Positions 23,975 to 36,308 of a stretch of 64,000 nt of DNA are shown here, piece by piece. The notes beneath the pieces were generated by a model. That model had not been told where the DNA came from, made no database searches, and saw nothing but the letters and a program-made list of their open reading frames with translations. The number at the start of each line of letters is the position of its first letter. Position 1 is the stretch's first letter. Origin of the DNA: Anthoceros angustus (Eukaryota; Plantae; Anthocerotophyta); NCBI GenBank assembly GCA_010909165.1, contig MU008181.1:372001-436000 (forward strand), read 5' to 3'. A program made the translations under genes and the position numbers.

Positions 23975-24742
23975 ATGGGGAAGTCCGATGAGGGGTTTTA
24001 TTCGTGGGCGGTGGCTGGGTTCTACGTCTTGGCGGTGCTCATCTTCTTGGCGCTCTCTAAAATAGCCGTTCCCTACGGAAGGCACTTGAGGCGAGGATGG
24101 GGCCCTTCCCTGGCGGCCGTGGAAGGGTGGGTTCTCATGGAGAGCGCGGCGTTGTGGGCTACTTTCTGGGTGTACTCCTTCGGGAGGCACAGGGCCGAGC
24201 TTGTGCCCAGAGTGCTGATGAAGCTCTACCAGCTGCACTACATCCACAGGGCCCTGATTTTCCCCTTTCGGATGCGTTCTGATGGGAAGAAGATGCCGAC
24301 GGTGGTGGCTGTCAGTGGGCTGCTCTTCAACATTTACAACGGGTACTTGCAGGCCAGATGGCTGTCGCACTACGGGGAGTACTCTCCCTCCTGGTTTGCC
24401 AGCCCCCAGTTTGTGCTAGGACTTCTGCTGTTTGCGGCGGGCATGGTGATCAACATCTGGGCTGACACCGTGCTCATCAACCTGCGCCATAGCAACGTCG
24501 ATGGCTCCTACAGGATTCCCAGGGGGTGGTTGTTCGAGGTGGTCACCTGCCCGAACTACTTGGGGGAGTCTTTGGAGTGGCTGGGATGGGCTGTCATGAC
24601 TTGGTCTCTTCCTGGCCTAGCCTTCTTTTTTGCGACGCTTGCTACCCTGCTTCCCCGAGCTCTGGCTCATCGGTCCTGGTACATCAACAAGTTTGCCGAC
24701 TTCCCTAAGAAGAGGAAGGCTCTTATCCCCTACGTGCTTTAG
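23975..24742 (+). CDS. DET2: steroid 5-alpha-reductase DET2-like (intronless)
   Basis: Multi-TM 255-aa protein with PYGRH, GWVLMES, HYIHRALIFP, FNIYNGYLQ, GSYRIPRGWLFEVVTCPNYLGE and RKALIPY. Confidence 0.93.
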   Translation: MGKSDEGFYSWAVAGFYVLAVLIFLALSKIAVPYGRHLRRGWGPSLAAVEGWVLMESAALWATFWVYSFGRHRAELVPRVLMKLYQLHYIHRALIFPFRMRSDGKKMPTVVAVSGLLFNIYNGYLQARWLSHYGEYSPSWFASPQFVLGLLLFAAGMVINIWADTVLINLRHSNVDGSYRIPRGWLFEVVTCPNYLGESLEWLGWAVMTWSLPGLAFFFATLATLLPRALAHRSWYINKFADFPKKRKALIPYVL

Positions 24743-24944
24743 GTTTGAAAGACATCAGAATGGGAAGAGCAGGGGGAATCCCTGATGCTGCAAGTTCCGA
24801 GTTCTGGCCCATCGGTCCTGATACGTCAACAAGTTTGCCGACTTCCCTACGAAGATGAAGGCTCTTATCCCTCATGTGCTTCAGGTCTGAAGGGCATCAG
24901 AAAGGGAAGAGCAGGGGGAACCTCTGATGCTGCAAGTTTTCGAG
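24662..24944 (+). repeat. about 142 bp diverged tandem duplication of the DET2 3' coding end and start of the 3' UTR
   Basis: catcggtcctg...caacaagtttgccgacttcccta...gcagggggaa...ctgatgctgcaagtt occurs at about 24662-24801 and 24804-24944; the second copy has TGG changed to TGA. Confidence 0.88.
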
Positions 24945-25675
24945 TGTTTCTCAAGTTCAAAGGTATGCGCAAACAGGAGTCTCTTGTATAGCGGGGGCAA
25001 TCTTCCGTAGCATTGAGAATGTTGCAGAGAGGTGCCCTGGTGTCTTGTAAATTGGGGCCTCAGTTGCCCCTTGTACTACTATTTATGTTTTCATCAACTC
25101 TGGAAGTACTCCCTGCGTGATGGTGAGGCTCGTACACTTGTACAACATGCCCCAGTGGTACTCAGCAAGTTCAGACGATGAGCTTGCTGATCAAATCTGT
25201 GAGGCAATATCAATTATGGAGCTTCAGGTTTAGGTGCTCGGATGCGCTCGTGTTCCGATCATCCTGAAAAGGCCTCAACAGTCAGTTGCCATCATCAGGG
25301 ACCGAAAGACAATCAACGTAACTCATATTCCTATTCAATGCCTTAGGGCCCATCAGCCGAGACGACCGATGCAGATTCTAAACACCAAAGGCTTATGCAT
25401 GAAAGCAAGCCTGGCTCTACATCGTCAGATATCCCAGCTGCATGTAGAACAATATAATCAAATCTCCTGACATGGATCGAAGGCATCAGCTAAAGGCGCG
25501 CAGCACCTGTCCTAGGAGAAGGACATCAAGGCAACAGCAATGATGAACCTAAAAGAACAAGCCCTTAGCCTTCCTTGATGGGCACCTGCTAATTGCTCTG
25601 TTGGAGGAGTTGAATAAGAAGCGCTCCCCAGAGTGAGCGCCAGCTTCAAACTTGCGTCCTGGAATGGTGGGCTCA

Positions 25676-26116
25676 TCAAGAGAGCACGATGTAGGACGAC
25701 TGAGCCAGAGAGCAGTTGAAGACCTGGAAAGGAAGACGGCGGGCCTCCATCAAGCCGAAGCAGGCATCGTGGACAGCCGTGCTTGTGCACCAGTGGCAGG
25801 GATCCAGCGCCAAGCAATCCTCCTTCGATGCCACAGATTCGCACTCGAAATCTTCAGGGGGAACCTTGATCTTCACTCTGTCACAGAAGTACCCGAGCTC
25901 ATCCAGCCGGTCCAGAGGATAGCATCCTTGCGGCAAATCGCACCAGCCGCACACCCTTCCCCCCGACGCGGCATTGCAGCGCTCCCTGGTGTCGTACTGG
26001 CACCTGTCCGTTTTGAAAGGCCAAGACGATCCGAAATCCAGGCTCTCTGCCAGCATCCCGGCGCTCAGGAGCAGGAGAAGCAGGAGCCCGAAGCCTCCCA
26101 ATCGGGCCCACGCCAT
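25676..26116 (-). CDS. small secreted cysteine-rich protein with two 6-Cys CxWC (PSI-like) modules
   Basis: Signal peptide MAWARLGGFGLLLLLLLSAGMLA; 12 Cys in two groups, each containing C-x-W-C (CGWC, CHWC); C-terminal CF..MEARRLP.QVFNC. Confidence 0.8.
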   Translation of the reverse strand: MAWARLGGFGLLLLLLLSAGMLAESLDFGSSWPFKTDRCQYDTRERCNAASGGRVCGWCDLPQGCYPLDRLDELGYFCDRVKIKVPPEDFECESVASKEDCLALDPCHWCTSTAVHDACFGLMEARRLPFQVFNCSLAQSSYIVLS

Positions 26117-26214
26117 GGCCTTGCAAGCAGAGGTCGAGATCCGCCTGCCTCAGCCCCTGGAAACAAGAAAAGCCACCTCGGGACAGAATTTGCAAGCTCG
26201 GATCTCAGAGCAGC

Positions 26215-26366
26215 GCGAGAGCGGATTCAAGATGGGTTCCGCGAACGAGAGCAGATACAAGATGGGTTCCGAGAACGGGACCGAATTCAAGATGGGTTCC
26301 GGGAACGAGAGCCGATTCAAGATGGGTTGCGAGAACGAGAGCCAACTCAAGATGGGTTTCGAGAAC
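26215..26366. repeat. 30 bp minisatellite, 5 copies
   Basis: Core caagatgggtt recurs every 30 bp within cgagagc..att..caagatgggtt.cg.gaa units. Confidence 0.92.
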
Positions 26367-26797
26367 CTGCACGCTGAGAGAAGAGCGAGCTGGAGCAGGA
26401 GATCGAGAGGGCGAGAAGAGTAAACGCCTGCCTTCGAATGCATCTTGCGCAAGACACGCGCCCATGATTTTCCACACCGTAGGAGACGGCGAAGAGATTG
26501 TTCACTGCTGGTGACTGGCCTGGCAGGGGGTAAAACGGGTGCTGACCGTTGAAGCTGCACGCGGCGGGAGCCCAGGACGCCAGCTTTGCTTCCCATCTTG
26601 GCAAAATTTACTGTGTTGGTGACAACCAGCTGGCCGGGTTCGGCCCTACCGCATGTGCGGATTTGGGAAAGCTGCGTTTCTGCTTCCTTCCAGGAGTCAG
26701 GACAAGACGCGCACGCCCTACAGTCTACCAGCTCTCTTCGTAATAGTCTATAGCTCTTTCAAGGCACATGCAGTGCATGGGACAGTCGCAAAGCAGA

Positions 26798-29700
26798 TCA
26801 TTTGTCTGCAGCTTTGCCCTCACCCACTGGCTGCGATGAAGGGTCTTCCGGCGGCTGCTCGACCTCCGGCGCGTTCGGGCCGTGTTTGGCTGCAGCCTGG
26901 AGGACCTTCTCCTTCACGGCCGAAGTGGACGGGGTTGTGGCGAGCTGGAGCTTGGGAGGCACAATCCGTGACGCAATCCTGGATACTAACTTGAAGCCTG
27001 CTACGAACGGCAGACTCAGAAATCTGCAGATTGAATGACCAGGAGGAGTGGTGAGGTTGTGGAGATCCTTGATGGGACGAGAAGGGAGGGTAGATGCAAG
27101 TTGCTTGTGGATCACTACCTGAGATCGTTCTTCACGTCTGCGACGCTCCTGTAGCCGTTCAGCTTGTCGAATAGCAACTGGCAGAGACAGACACAACGAC
27201 AGCCTTGTTAACAGATTTTGAGATCCGATTTGTAGCAATGCGTTTAGGACGGCGGGTACCTGGCATACTGCAAGGAAGCCTATGAGTTGCAGTGTTTTCT
27301 CGTACTCTGCACGAAAGACCATTAGAGCTGGTCAGGCATGGAACCCAACTGGCTTCACAATCCAAGAAAGCTGGAGAGGGGTGGATGAGATCTTACGGGA
27401 GATAGCATATACTCCGGCTACAAGACCCTGTAGTGCACAATGTGTCAGTATTCCTGGCATCACTGAAGATGGTGACGATGAACACATGACCATACTTTGG
27501 AACAGGCCACTTACAAGAGCAACTAGAGCTACACCGCCTGTCGTAGGCTTCACTTCCTCCACGATAGCCTCGGTTTCCTGATAGAGCCATTAAGCGAATG
27601 AGCTCGGATGAAGGGAACAATCTGAAGAAAAACCCTGCAGGAGGGAGAGACTTACTTCCTTGAGGATAGCGATAGGGGTCAGTGGTCCTTCTCCCTTGAT
27701 GGGAAGTCCTGCCCTAACCCAAGCCTTGAACCCACCTTCGATACGGTATTGTTTCTGTGCAACAATGCAGGCGAGTAGGATCAGGTACAACCCATCAGGA
27801 TCAGAATCAGCGATCAGCTCAGACTGGCGAATAAGGACATGGTAGTGGCATCGTACTTGAACACCCAATTTTCTCAAGGTCTTCGCCAAGTCTTTTGTTC
27901 GACGGCCGTCTGCATCTAGCAGGATCAACTTCGAGTTTGGCTGCACATGTGCGAAGCACGGGGTTAGCCAGAATCAGTCACCAGCGGAGCACACAGATGA
28001 GCAAGCACCTGCTTGATCATGATAAGACCTACATTCACGATCTTCAGATTTCGAATGACTGCTGCAGTGACAACGTTGTCGATGTCCCGTGGGCTCCTCA
28101 CTAGCTTTCGCACTGCGGAGCTCACCTGCACATCGGCAGGCATCCTTTGTGTCACACCGATGTGAAATCCATACAGTGAGCAAGAAATCAAACAACTTCT
28201 TGAAATTTGTTTTGTTCACCTTGATAATCTCCACATTCCCGTCCTTAAAACGAGCTCCTCTCCGCAAGTCAAGAATACCCTCAGCGTCCCTGACCTCCTA
28301 CAATGACGAAGAGCAGCAGTGGACGTCCTCACCCATATCCGTATATTTTGGCATGGAACATCAGAAGAAACCAAAGAGCTAGCACCAAGAATCACAGTCT
28401 TCATATACCTGAGACCGAATGTCTATCAAGGCCACATTACGCTCCTTCTTCAGTAATTCCAATGCTGTGCTTGGATCCAGGTCTCCCGAGTAACCACCGT
28501 ACCGCTGAATCCACCATGAGATTCTGCAACGGACGTGATGCATCGTTACCAACATAGCTTGTCGGCATAGTACAATTCACCAGTTGTGAACTTTGCAGAG
28601 CTCCCATGGAACAGCTGGCATGAAGCTTCAGGCATACCCAATATACACCACGGGTATTCCCACAGCAATTGAGGGAACGATAGGATTGTCGACGTCTATA
28701 CCCACTGTCTTAACCACCCGCAGCACAATCTCAAATCCCTGCAAAGATGCAAACCCAAGATCTGCCTTTAAGACACACCTGCTCCACCACCACAGTGCAA
28801 GCAGCAAAATTTGAAGATGCCTGAGGGAAGGCGGAGTACCTGTCCAACAGAGGAGACCACAGGTTTCGAGTACTCTGAAATGGTGCCCTCAATATTGCTC
28901 AAGGCATCCTGGGTCTCCTGTGGAAGGCCTCCCTTTGTGGAGCTGTAAACGTCCACGACATATCCCTCAGCGGTGACCAACGCAGCACCCAAATTGTCCT
29001 TCACACCATCGACTACTACTTTCAGAGCATTATTGGCAGAAGTACCAGGGTAGAATACACCGAACGTATCCAACAGTTTCTGCTGAGTAGCAGCCGTTGT
29101 GTTATCGACGGATGTTTGGATGTCCAGACGCACATTGTCTGCTGCACCCGTGACCGAGCTCACTGCATTCTGTATCGACCCCGTCACACCGTCGGCTACG
29201 TCCTGCACAGCCTGCTCAACGTCCCTAACTCTCTCCTGAAAGAAGTTCTGAGCACTGTTGATGGCATCCTGCACAGGATTCCCCGACCCAAAACCGGAGC
29301 TACTCTGCACTACTGCCTCTGCACCACTCTGATCAACCCCAACCCCGGTTTGAGCTGCTTCCTCAGCACCCTGGTCATTGCCCACACCACCGTTATCAAA
29401 CGGCTCCGTGATACCATCAATGGCATCCTGGAAAAACTTCTGCACACTGGCAACCGATTTGGCCACAGCATCCTGAACACCAGAGATTGCATCGTTTATG
29501 GTCCCGAGTGGGTCATAATTCCCTCCGTTCCGGTCGCTCTCGCCCGATCCAGACCCTCTCACAAGCTCATTGTAGTCCAGCTCCACACGACGGGGCTTCT
29601 CCACAAAGAGAGCGTCCGACCCACCTCCAAACCCGTCACCCTGACTGCCAGCATCGGTCACAGACTCCCCGCCCACAATGCCATCAGCAGCCGGCTGACC

Positions 29701-30984
29701 CACACCATCGGTCACAGACTCCCCGCCCACAATCCCATCAGCAGCCGGCTGACCCACGCCGTCGGTCACAGACTCCTCGCCTACAATGCCGTCAGACGCA
29801 GGCTGAGAATCCACAACAGTGTCGCCGACAGATTGTCCTGCATAGGCTCCTCCTTCTCCACTGTCCCCATCGCCCACAGATTCCCCTCCATAACCTCCAC
29901 CTCCTTCTCCACTCTCTCCAGCTTCCGAAGAATCCCCTGCATATACCCCGGCGCCCTCTCCACTATCTCCAGCCTCTGCAGCAACACCTTCAGCATCAGA
30001 AGCAGGCTGAGAATCCACAACAGTGTCGTCGACAGATAGTCCTGCATCGCCTCCGCCTCCTTCTCCACTTTCCCCAACGTCCACAGATTCCCCTCCATAA
30101 CCTTCACCTCCTTCTCCACTCTCTCCAGCTTCCGCAGAATCCCCTGCATATCCCCCGGCGCCCTCTCCACTATCTCCAGCCTCTCCAGCAACACCTTCAG
30201 CATCAGAAGCAGGCTGAGAATCCACAACAGTGTCGTCGACAGATAGTCCTGCATAGCCTCCGCCTCCTTCTCCACTTTCCCCAACGTCCACAGATTCCCC
30301 TCCATAACCTTCACCTCCTTCTCCACTCTCTCCAGCTTCCGCGGAATCCCCTGCATATCCCCCGGCGCCCCCTCCACTACCTCCAGCCTCTCCAGCAACA
30401 CCTCCAGCATCAGAAGCAGGTTGAGACTCCACAAACGAGTCGTCGACCGATTGTCCTGCATAGCCGCCACCTCCTTCTCCACTTTCCTCAACGTCCACAG
30501 ATTCCCCTCCATAACCTCCCCCTCCTTCTCCACTCTCTCCAGCTTCCGCAGACTCCCCTACATAGCCCTCCACTCCCTCTCCACTCCCTCCAGCGTCCTC
30601 ACTCTCTCCCAGTTCCACAGATTCTTCCTCTGCAACAAAAGAAGCATCCTCACTCTCCAGTTTCTCGCTCTCCTCCGCGCGCACAGGCTGAATTCCCCCA
30701 TACCGTGTGAGCGAGTGCACAGCTTCATGCATTCCGCCCCAGGCATTGCCCAGCCTCCTGGCAGCCGTGGCCCCGGCCTGCTGAGACACGGCGGCGTCTG
30801 CCAGGGCCTGTACGGACGTGACGCCGAGCCCCCCATAGGCAGCAACAACAATTCTCCTCCTCCTCAGCCTGCGATCCCCGGCCCTCAGATTCCGCAACAA
30901 TTTCACATCTCTGCGGCCGCAGGCGAAGCAGGGCGATCCTCCCAGCACCTGGGCAGAATGCTGCTGCAGCAGCGCTTCCCACAT
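26798..30984 (-). CDS. CAS-like plastid rhodanese-domain membrane protein (At3g59780-type) with an expanded acidic Gly-rich N-terminal repeat region, multi-exon
   Basis: ATG 30984 (MWEALLQQH), Arg-rich transit-like stretch, G/E/S/D repeats, then GIPDLRRGARF-like (GILDLRRGARFK), IRNLKIV, LILLDADG, RIEGGFKAWVRAGL (rhodanese), a TM segment and EKTLQLIG. Confidence 0.82.
29645..30560 (-). repeat. coding tandem repeats: about 3.5 x 207 bp (69 aa) plus about 3 x 54 bp (18 aa)
   Basis: cagcatcagaagcagg at 29991, 30198 and 30405 (period 207); DGIVG(E/G)ESVTD(GVGQPAA) three times. Confidence 0.93.
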
Positions 30985-31679
30985 GTCTGCGAAACCGACT
31001 CGGCTCAGGGCAGAGCAGGGCTGGGCCGCAGCAGCCGCCGCCGCCTCCTCCTCCTCACCAGGCGCAGCAGCATACCATAACGGCAAATTCAGCAACCCAT
31101 TGCTGCAATCCCAGCACCCGGAGGCAGGGCAGTGGGAGCCAGAAAGATGGGCTCCGGAAGGACGCTCAGTAGCCCGGTGCCGATTGCCCCGACGAACAAT
31201 CTTGGCCCCCCGTGCGAAAGCCGAAGGCAAGGCCCGAGGCCGAGCTCCCCTGGTCCAGGTGCGCACAAGTGGGCAGGAAGGCCATGCTTCAAATGTGCGT
31301 TTCCTGCCGTCGTGAAGTCGTGGGAGAGTCCGTGGAACCGGAGTAGTAAAACTAGGGACAGGATGCGAGCTCCGCAAGGTCCGATTGTGGTTGGCCCAGC
31401 TTGTGGCCCACTCATCTCCTCCCGGCAATTGGCAGCCAGAAATTTCCCACCACCAAATTCACCAGTTACTGCATCCGAGATCGGAGTTGTGGGAACTTTC
31501 AAAGCTGCCTGCACTGACAGGAACCACCACGTCATGCTGCGAGAGATGATGGGCGGACATAACAGGACGCAGGATGGGCCACGCTGCAAGCTGCGTTGCC
31601 CGATGCTCAAAGTGGGACCGTTTATTAGCGGGCTGTTAGGCGGGCTAATCTGACTTTGTGGGCGCTGCTTTGATCCACG

Positions 31680-34600
31680 ATGCTTGCAGGCGGCGGGACT
31701 GGGCTGCGTGCAGGGGATGGATTGAGGGCGCTGAGATGGGCGGGGAAGGGAGGTGGGTGGAAGAGCAGGGTGCTGTCGGGAAGGGGAAGGCTTGTGGGAG
31801 CAGCTCTGGCTGCGGAGCATGGGCCGAGGCAGGAAGGGAGGGTTGGTTTGGATGTGTCTCTGTTGCCCAAGCGGAAGGCAGAGGCCTACGTGATGCAGGA
31901 GGCTCCCAAGAGGTACCGGAAGAGATGGAAGAAGAAGGCACGTCTGGAGTGCAGTCCGTTGGAGATAGTGGAGCAGGTGCTGAGGATGAACCACTGGGAG
32001 GATATTGATGGGCTGTTGAATCGATGGATGGGGAGGTTCAATCGGAAGAACTTTCCTGCGCTCGTGCGGGTGGGGATGGATGGATGGATGCTTTGGTGGA
32101 ATTGTGTTTTGTGGATTTTGCATGGTGGTGTGAGGTTGTGACGGGGAGTATATGGTGGCAGGAAATGACAAGACGTGGGTCTCTGCCACACTGCCTGCGG
32201 GTGTTCAACTGGATGAAAGTGCAGCAGAATTATCGAGCTAGGAATGATATCTACAATGAGATGATATGGCTCTACTCCAGGCATCAGCAGGTGGATCAAG
32301 CACGGGGGCTGTTTAACGAGATGCAGGAGTGGCGGTCAGTGTTTCCATCCCCCCGGTGTTTTGTTTGCTGCCTGGGAAAAGCTTGTGCTGTGTCAGAGTT
32401 GATGGTGCTTGGTTTTCGCACTCTGAGCAAGAGGATGTAGCAGATGCAAGCCTGACGTTGAGACATACAACGCTTTGATCAATGTGCATGGGCGGGCTGG
32501 GCAGTGGCGGTGGTCGCTGAATATGTTCGAGGACATGCTGCGGGCTGGAGTAAGTCAAACATTCTAGAATGCACTGCCTCTCCCAGTGGTTGCCTGGGGT
32601 GAAGAGAGACTGAGGCACTTCTCGCGCAGGTACCACCGAATAGAAGCTCCTATAACAACGTGATCAACGCATGTGGCACTAGTGGGCAATGGGAGGTGGC
32701 TCTGGATGTTTGCAAGAGGATGTCGAGTCAGGGTGTGGGTCCTGATATTTTCACGCACAACATCATCTTATCAGCATTCAAGAGTGGCTCTCAATATCGC
32801 AAGGTGCTGGCGTATTTCGAGCACATGAAAAGCTGCAAGCTTGTTCATCCAGACCGGGTTTCTTACAACATTGTTCTTCACTGCCTCATCAAGATGGAAG
32901 AGTTCGACAAGGCTGAAGGCCTTTTCCATGTGATGAAGAGCATGAAGTCGAGTCCATGCTACCCGGATATTGTGACATACAACAATCTCATGCACTTGTT
33001 CTCCGTGCAAGGACAAGTCACAGATGCAAGGGCCATTTTTGAGATGATGGTCGGGGAGGGTCTGAAACCCACCATAGTCTCATTCAACACTCTGATTGGT
33101 GCATATGGATCACTTGGACTGCATGCTGAGGCGCAGGAGATGTTCACTTTGCTGACTCAGAGTGAACTATCACCGGATGTAGTATCATATTCTGCACTTC
33201 TGAATGCGTTTGGCAAATCAGAGCAGCCAAAAAAAGCTCGGGAAGTCTTTGAGACTATGAAAAATAGGGCAGTAAAGCCCAATGTGTGCACCTTCAACTC
33301 TTTGATCGACGCCATTGGTTCTTCTGAACCTTTTCCAGCCGTCTTTTCGCTCTTGCATGATATGGAAGCCATGAGAATACAGCCGAATGTTGTGACTATC
33401 TGTAGTCTGATTGCTGCTGCTAGACGCAGTGGGTTTCCAGAGCAAGTGGGAACTGTTCTTCGGGAAGCCACCAGACGGGGGATCAAGCTGAACGTTTGTG
33501 CCTACAATGCTGCAATTGCTGCAGATTTGGACACAGGTGCACGTAATTTGGCAATTACGAAGTACGGGGAAATGAAAACTGCTGGGGTGGATCCAGACAG
33601 AGTCACATTCACCACTTTGATTGAAGGACTTGGTAAACTAGGAGACTTGTCTGAAGCCCAGAAGCTGTACGAAGAAATGTTACAACTCAAGATACCAAGG
33701 ACGGTGCAGGTGTGCACGGCACTGACTGATGCTTATGCCAAACAGGTAATTGTCTGAGACAATGCCCGCATGCTGGCTGTTTGCTTTGAGCCTCCACCCA
33801 CTACGTGAGCTGAGCCTACCCATTGCAGGGCCTGCATCACGAGGCAAGAAGAGTCTTTGATGAAATGGAGGCCCACGGCTGCAAGCCTAACGTCATCACT
33901 TATACGTCACTGATCCATTGCTACTTATTAGCAGGTGCCTCTGCCCCTCACGTTGAACCAAGCCGTTCTCCGTCATAGAGGGAGAGCATCCAGAGTCCTG
34001 GTCTGCTATCACTCTACGCCATTCTTCTGCAAAATGAGCTGATTGTCTCCTCATCTTCGTGGTTACAGGCATGCCAGAAGCTGCAAACCTTGTCTTCAGA
34101 AAGATGGACGATGCGGGAATTGCAGCAGATGAACAAGCTTGTGTTACCATATTTGCTGTGCAGAACAAGTGTGGACAGCCTGAACACGCCTTGCGCTTGT
34201 GGGAAGAAGTGAAAAGCAAGGGTGTAGTCTTAAGAGAAGCAGCGTACAAGGAGCTATTTGTGGCCTGTCACAAGTAATCACTCACGGTTGATGCGCGCTG
34301 TCATTGAGAATATCACATCATCCTCCCTAGAAAAGCCCATGTTCTGACCAGTGGCTCTTGCATCCAGGCTGCTAGATTGGAGATCTGCAAGTAGACTATT
34401 ACAAGACATGCTAGACTCAGGGATCCACCCTACTCTCGGTGTCTCGCACTACTTACTAGGCACTCTAGGGAAGAGTGGCAAACTCGATGTCTTGCTCAAG
34501 GTACTGACAAACTCCTTTGTGCTTAAAAGTTTGATGTTACATCTTCGCTTACTGTCCATCATACGCTGTGTTTCCAGGCATTCCACCAGCTGCAAAGAGC

Positions 34601-34949
34601 CGGTCTCAAACCAACCAGGGAGATCTACGACCTTCTTATCTACAGCTGTGCAAGGGCCATGAAATGGAGAAAATGTCTAGAGGTACGCAGCTGGGAACAT
34701 TAGCAGCCCGCTTTAGAATGCAATGTCTGTGTCTTGCACTTCCAAGCCCGCACTGTGCATGGTGGACGAAACCATGATCTTGCTTCATAGCAACTGTGGT
34801 TCTCCTCCCTGCAGATTCTGGGCTGGATGGATTCCTCAGACCTGGAGCCTTCAACTCAGGCATACGAGAATGTTCTCCGATGCTTAAAAGAACTTGGTTT
34901 GAAGGCCCAGTATGACAGTATCCAAGGAAAGATGCAAGGGCTACGGTGA
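31680..34949 (+). CDS. EMB2654: P-class PPR protein, EMB2654 (At2g41720)-like; probable plastid RNA splicing factor, multi-exon
   Basis: NHWEDIDGLLNRWMGRFNRKNFPALV, VFNWMKVQQNYRARNDIYN.MI..RHQQVDQARGLFNEMQEW, ALINVHGRAGQWRW, YNNVINACG.SG.W..AL.VCK, all matching my recollection of EMB2654; last exon ends QGLR* at 34949. Confidence 0.82.
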
Positions 34950-36308
34950 ATTTCCACTAACCGCGTCCATACTAACCGCGGTTGTCAATGCTTGAGTTCG
35001 AGGCTCGCTCGCATTTAGTTTCTCGAGCTCACTTCCCAACCGAAGTGCTCCTCCATGGATGCGTGGGAGAAGCTGGTGAAAGAACAAAGCACTGTAGATC
35101 CCTAAGATGCTGGATCCACTTTTGTACTCTATGCTGTGCCCATTCTCTACTGACCATGGTGGGATGGCCTTCAGGAGACAAGATCCAGGCTAGGTTGCCA
35201 TGATCCCGAACAGCTTTAGGGGCTAAAATGTACACTCTAACAAGAGTCTGTTTGGTGCGACAGCACGGGCTTGGAGCTGCTCCGATTAGGTGACTTGACA
35301 CCCTGCAGGGATCCCACAAAAGTTCAACCTTTCGAGCCCGCCTCAAGATACACTTGTGCATTTGCACCAACGAGATCGAACAGGCCTTCCCGTACTGCTA
35401 AACCTCCGGCCTTCTGTTACGCATGCTGACAGGCCAACGGGTCTCCTGCTGCCGACAGGCTTCCTCCTTCGGCGATAACCCCACTCCTGAGCAAATCACC
35501 TGAACGATAACAAACCCCTCACTACTGCTCCAGGAAGAGTCCACACGGATACTGTGTTCCAGCCAAGAGCTAGCTGCATTAGCTGTGTCAGTCCGAAGTC
35601 CTACACCTAGGTGTTCACAGCACTAGATGAGGCAGCAGTCTCGTGGTAGCCAAGCAAGCTACCTAAGTTCACCTTTCCATTGATTTTGTTGGTAGGTCGC
35701 CTTTTGCTTGATTCTGTGGAGTAGCAATAAGAGAGGAAAACGAATCTCATGACCCTCTCAGCACAGCACCAAAGGCAGGAAAAAAGGCAGAAGTGAATTG
35801 GCACTCAAATTCCTCTAGTGCAAAACTGCCTTGCATTGATGGCCAGTTACAGGAAACAAATCAACAGACTCCGGCAACCATTAAACGTATGGGCCTGGGT
35901 GATCATGAACACCACCTCCAAGATGCAGAGACTTAGGTTTCAGGTAGAAGTGTCTCCACTTTTGACTCTAGCAGTATAACCTTCCCGTGCATCGGCTTGA
36001 CACCCGAGATGGTAATTAAGTCTCGCATGGGAGGCATCTGCTTAAAGCCTCTACACCAAATCGCACACCACCTGACTGGATGCCCAAGTAGCCCACCTGT
36101 TCACCAATGTACAAAGCTTGCTGGTGAGCCCTCGACAGCTGCCAAGAAGGAAGTGTGTCTACCATCCACAAAATCCTGAAGGCAGCGTCACGTCTCCCTT
36201 GTAAGCTTCAATTTTTCTTCAAACAAGTATCTCCTGTATGCCCAGACTGTTCTGATGTTCCAGCCATGGGCTTAGGTCACTGTCATCGTCTCATGCCATC
36301 GTCTCAAG

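Noticed and set aside
26215-26366. CRISPR-like look of the 30-bp array (also the arrays at 2115-2270 and 59356-59620)
   Set aside because: The sequences between the cores are homologous to each other rather than unique spacers; the context is eukaryotic with no cas genes.
25652-26377. 241-aa plus ORF with RERIQDGF repeats
   Set aside because: Non-ATG start, antisense to the better-supported secreted protein, and it only reads through the minisatellite.
29116-30710. Long plus-strand ORFs (307 aa, 407 aa) and an alternative-frame 250-aa ORF
   Set aside because: Shadow frames of the low-complexity coding repeats of the CAS-like gene.
30985-31428. N-terminal extension of the 886-aa ORF
   Set aside because: Starts at TTG and lacks coding character; ATG 30984 followed by a transit-like peptide is more plausible.
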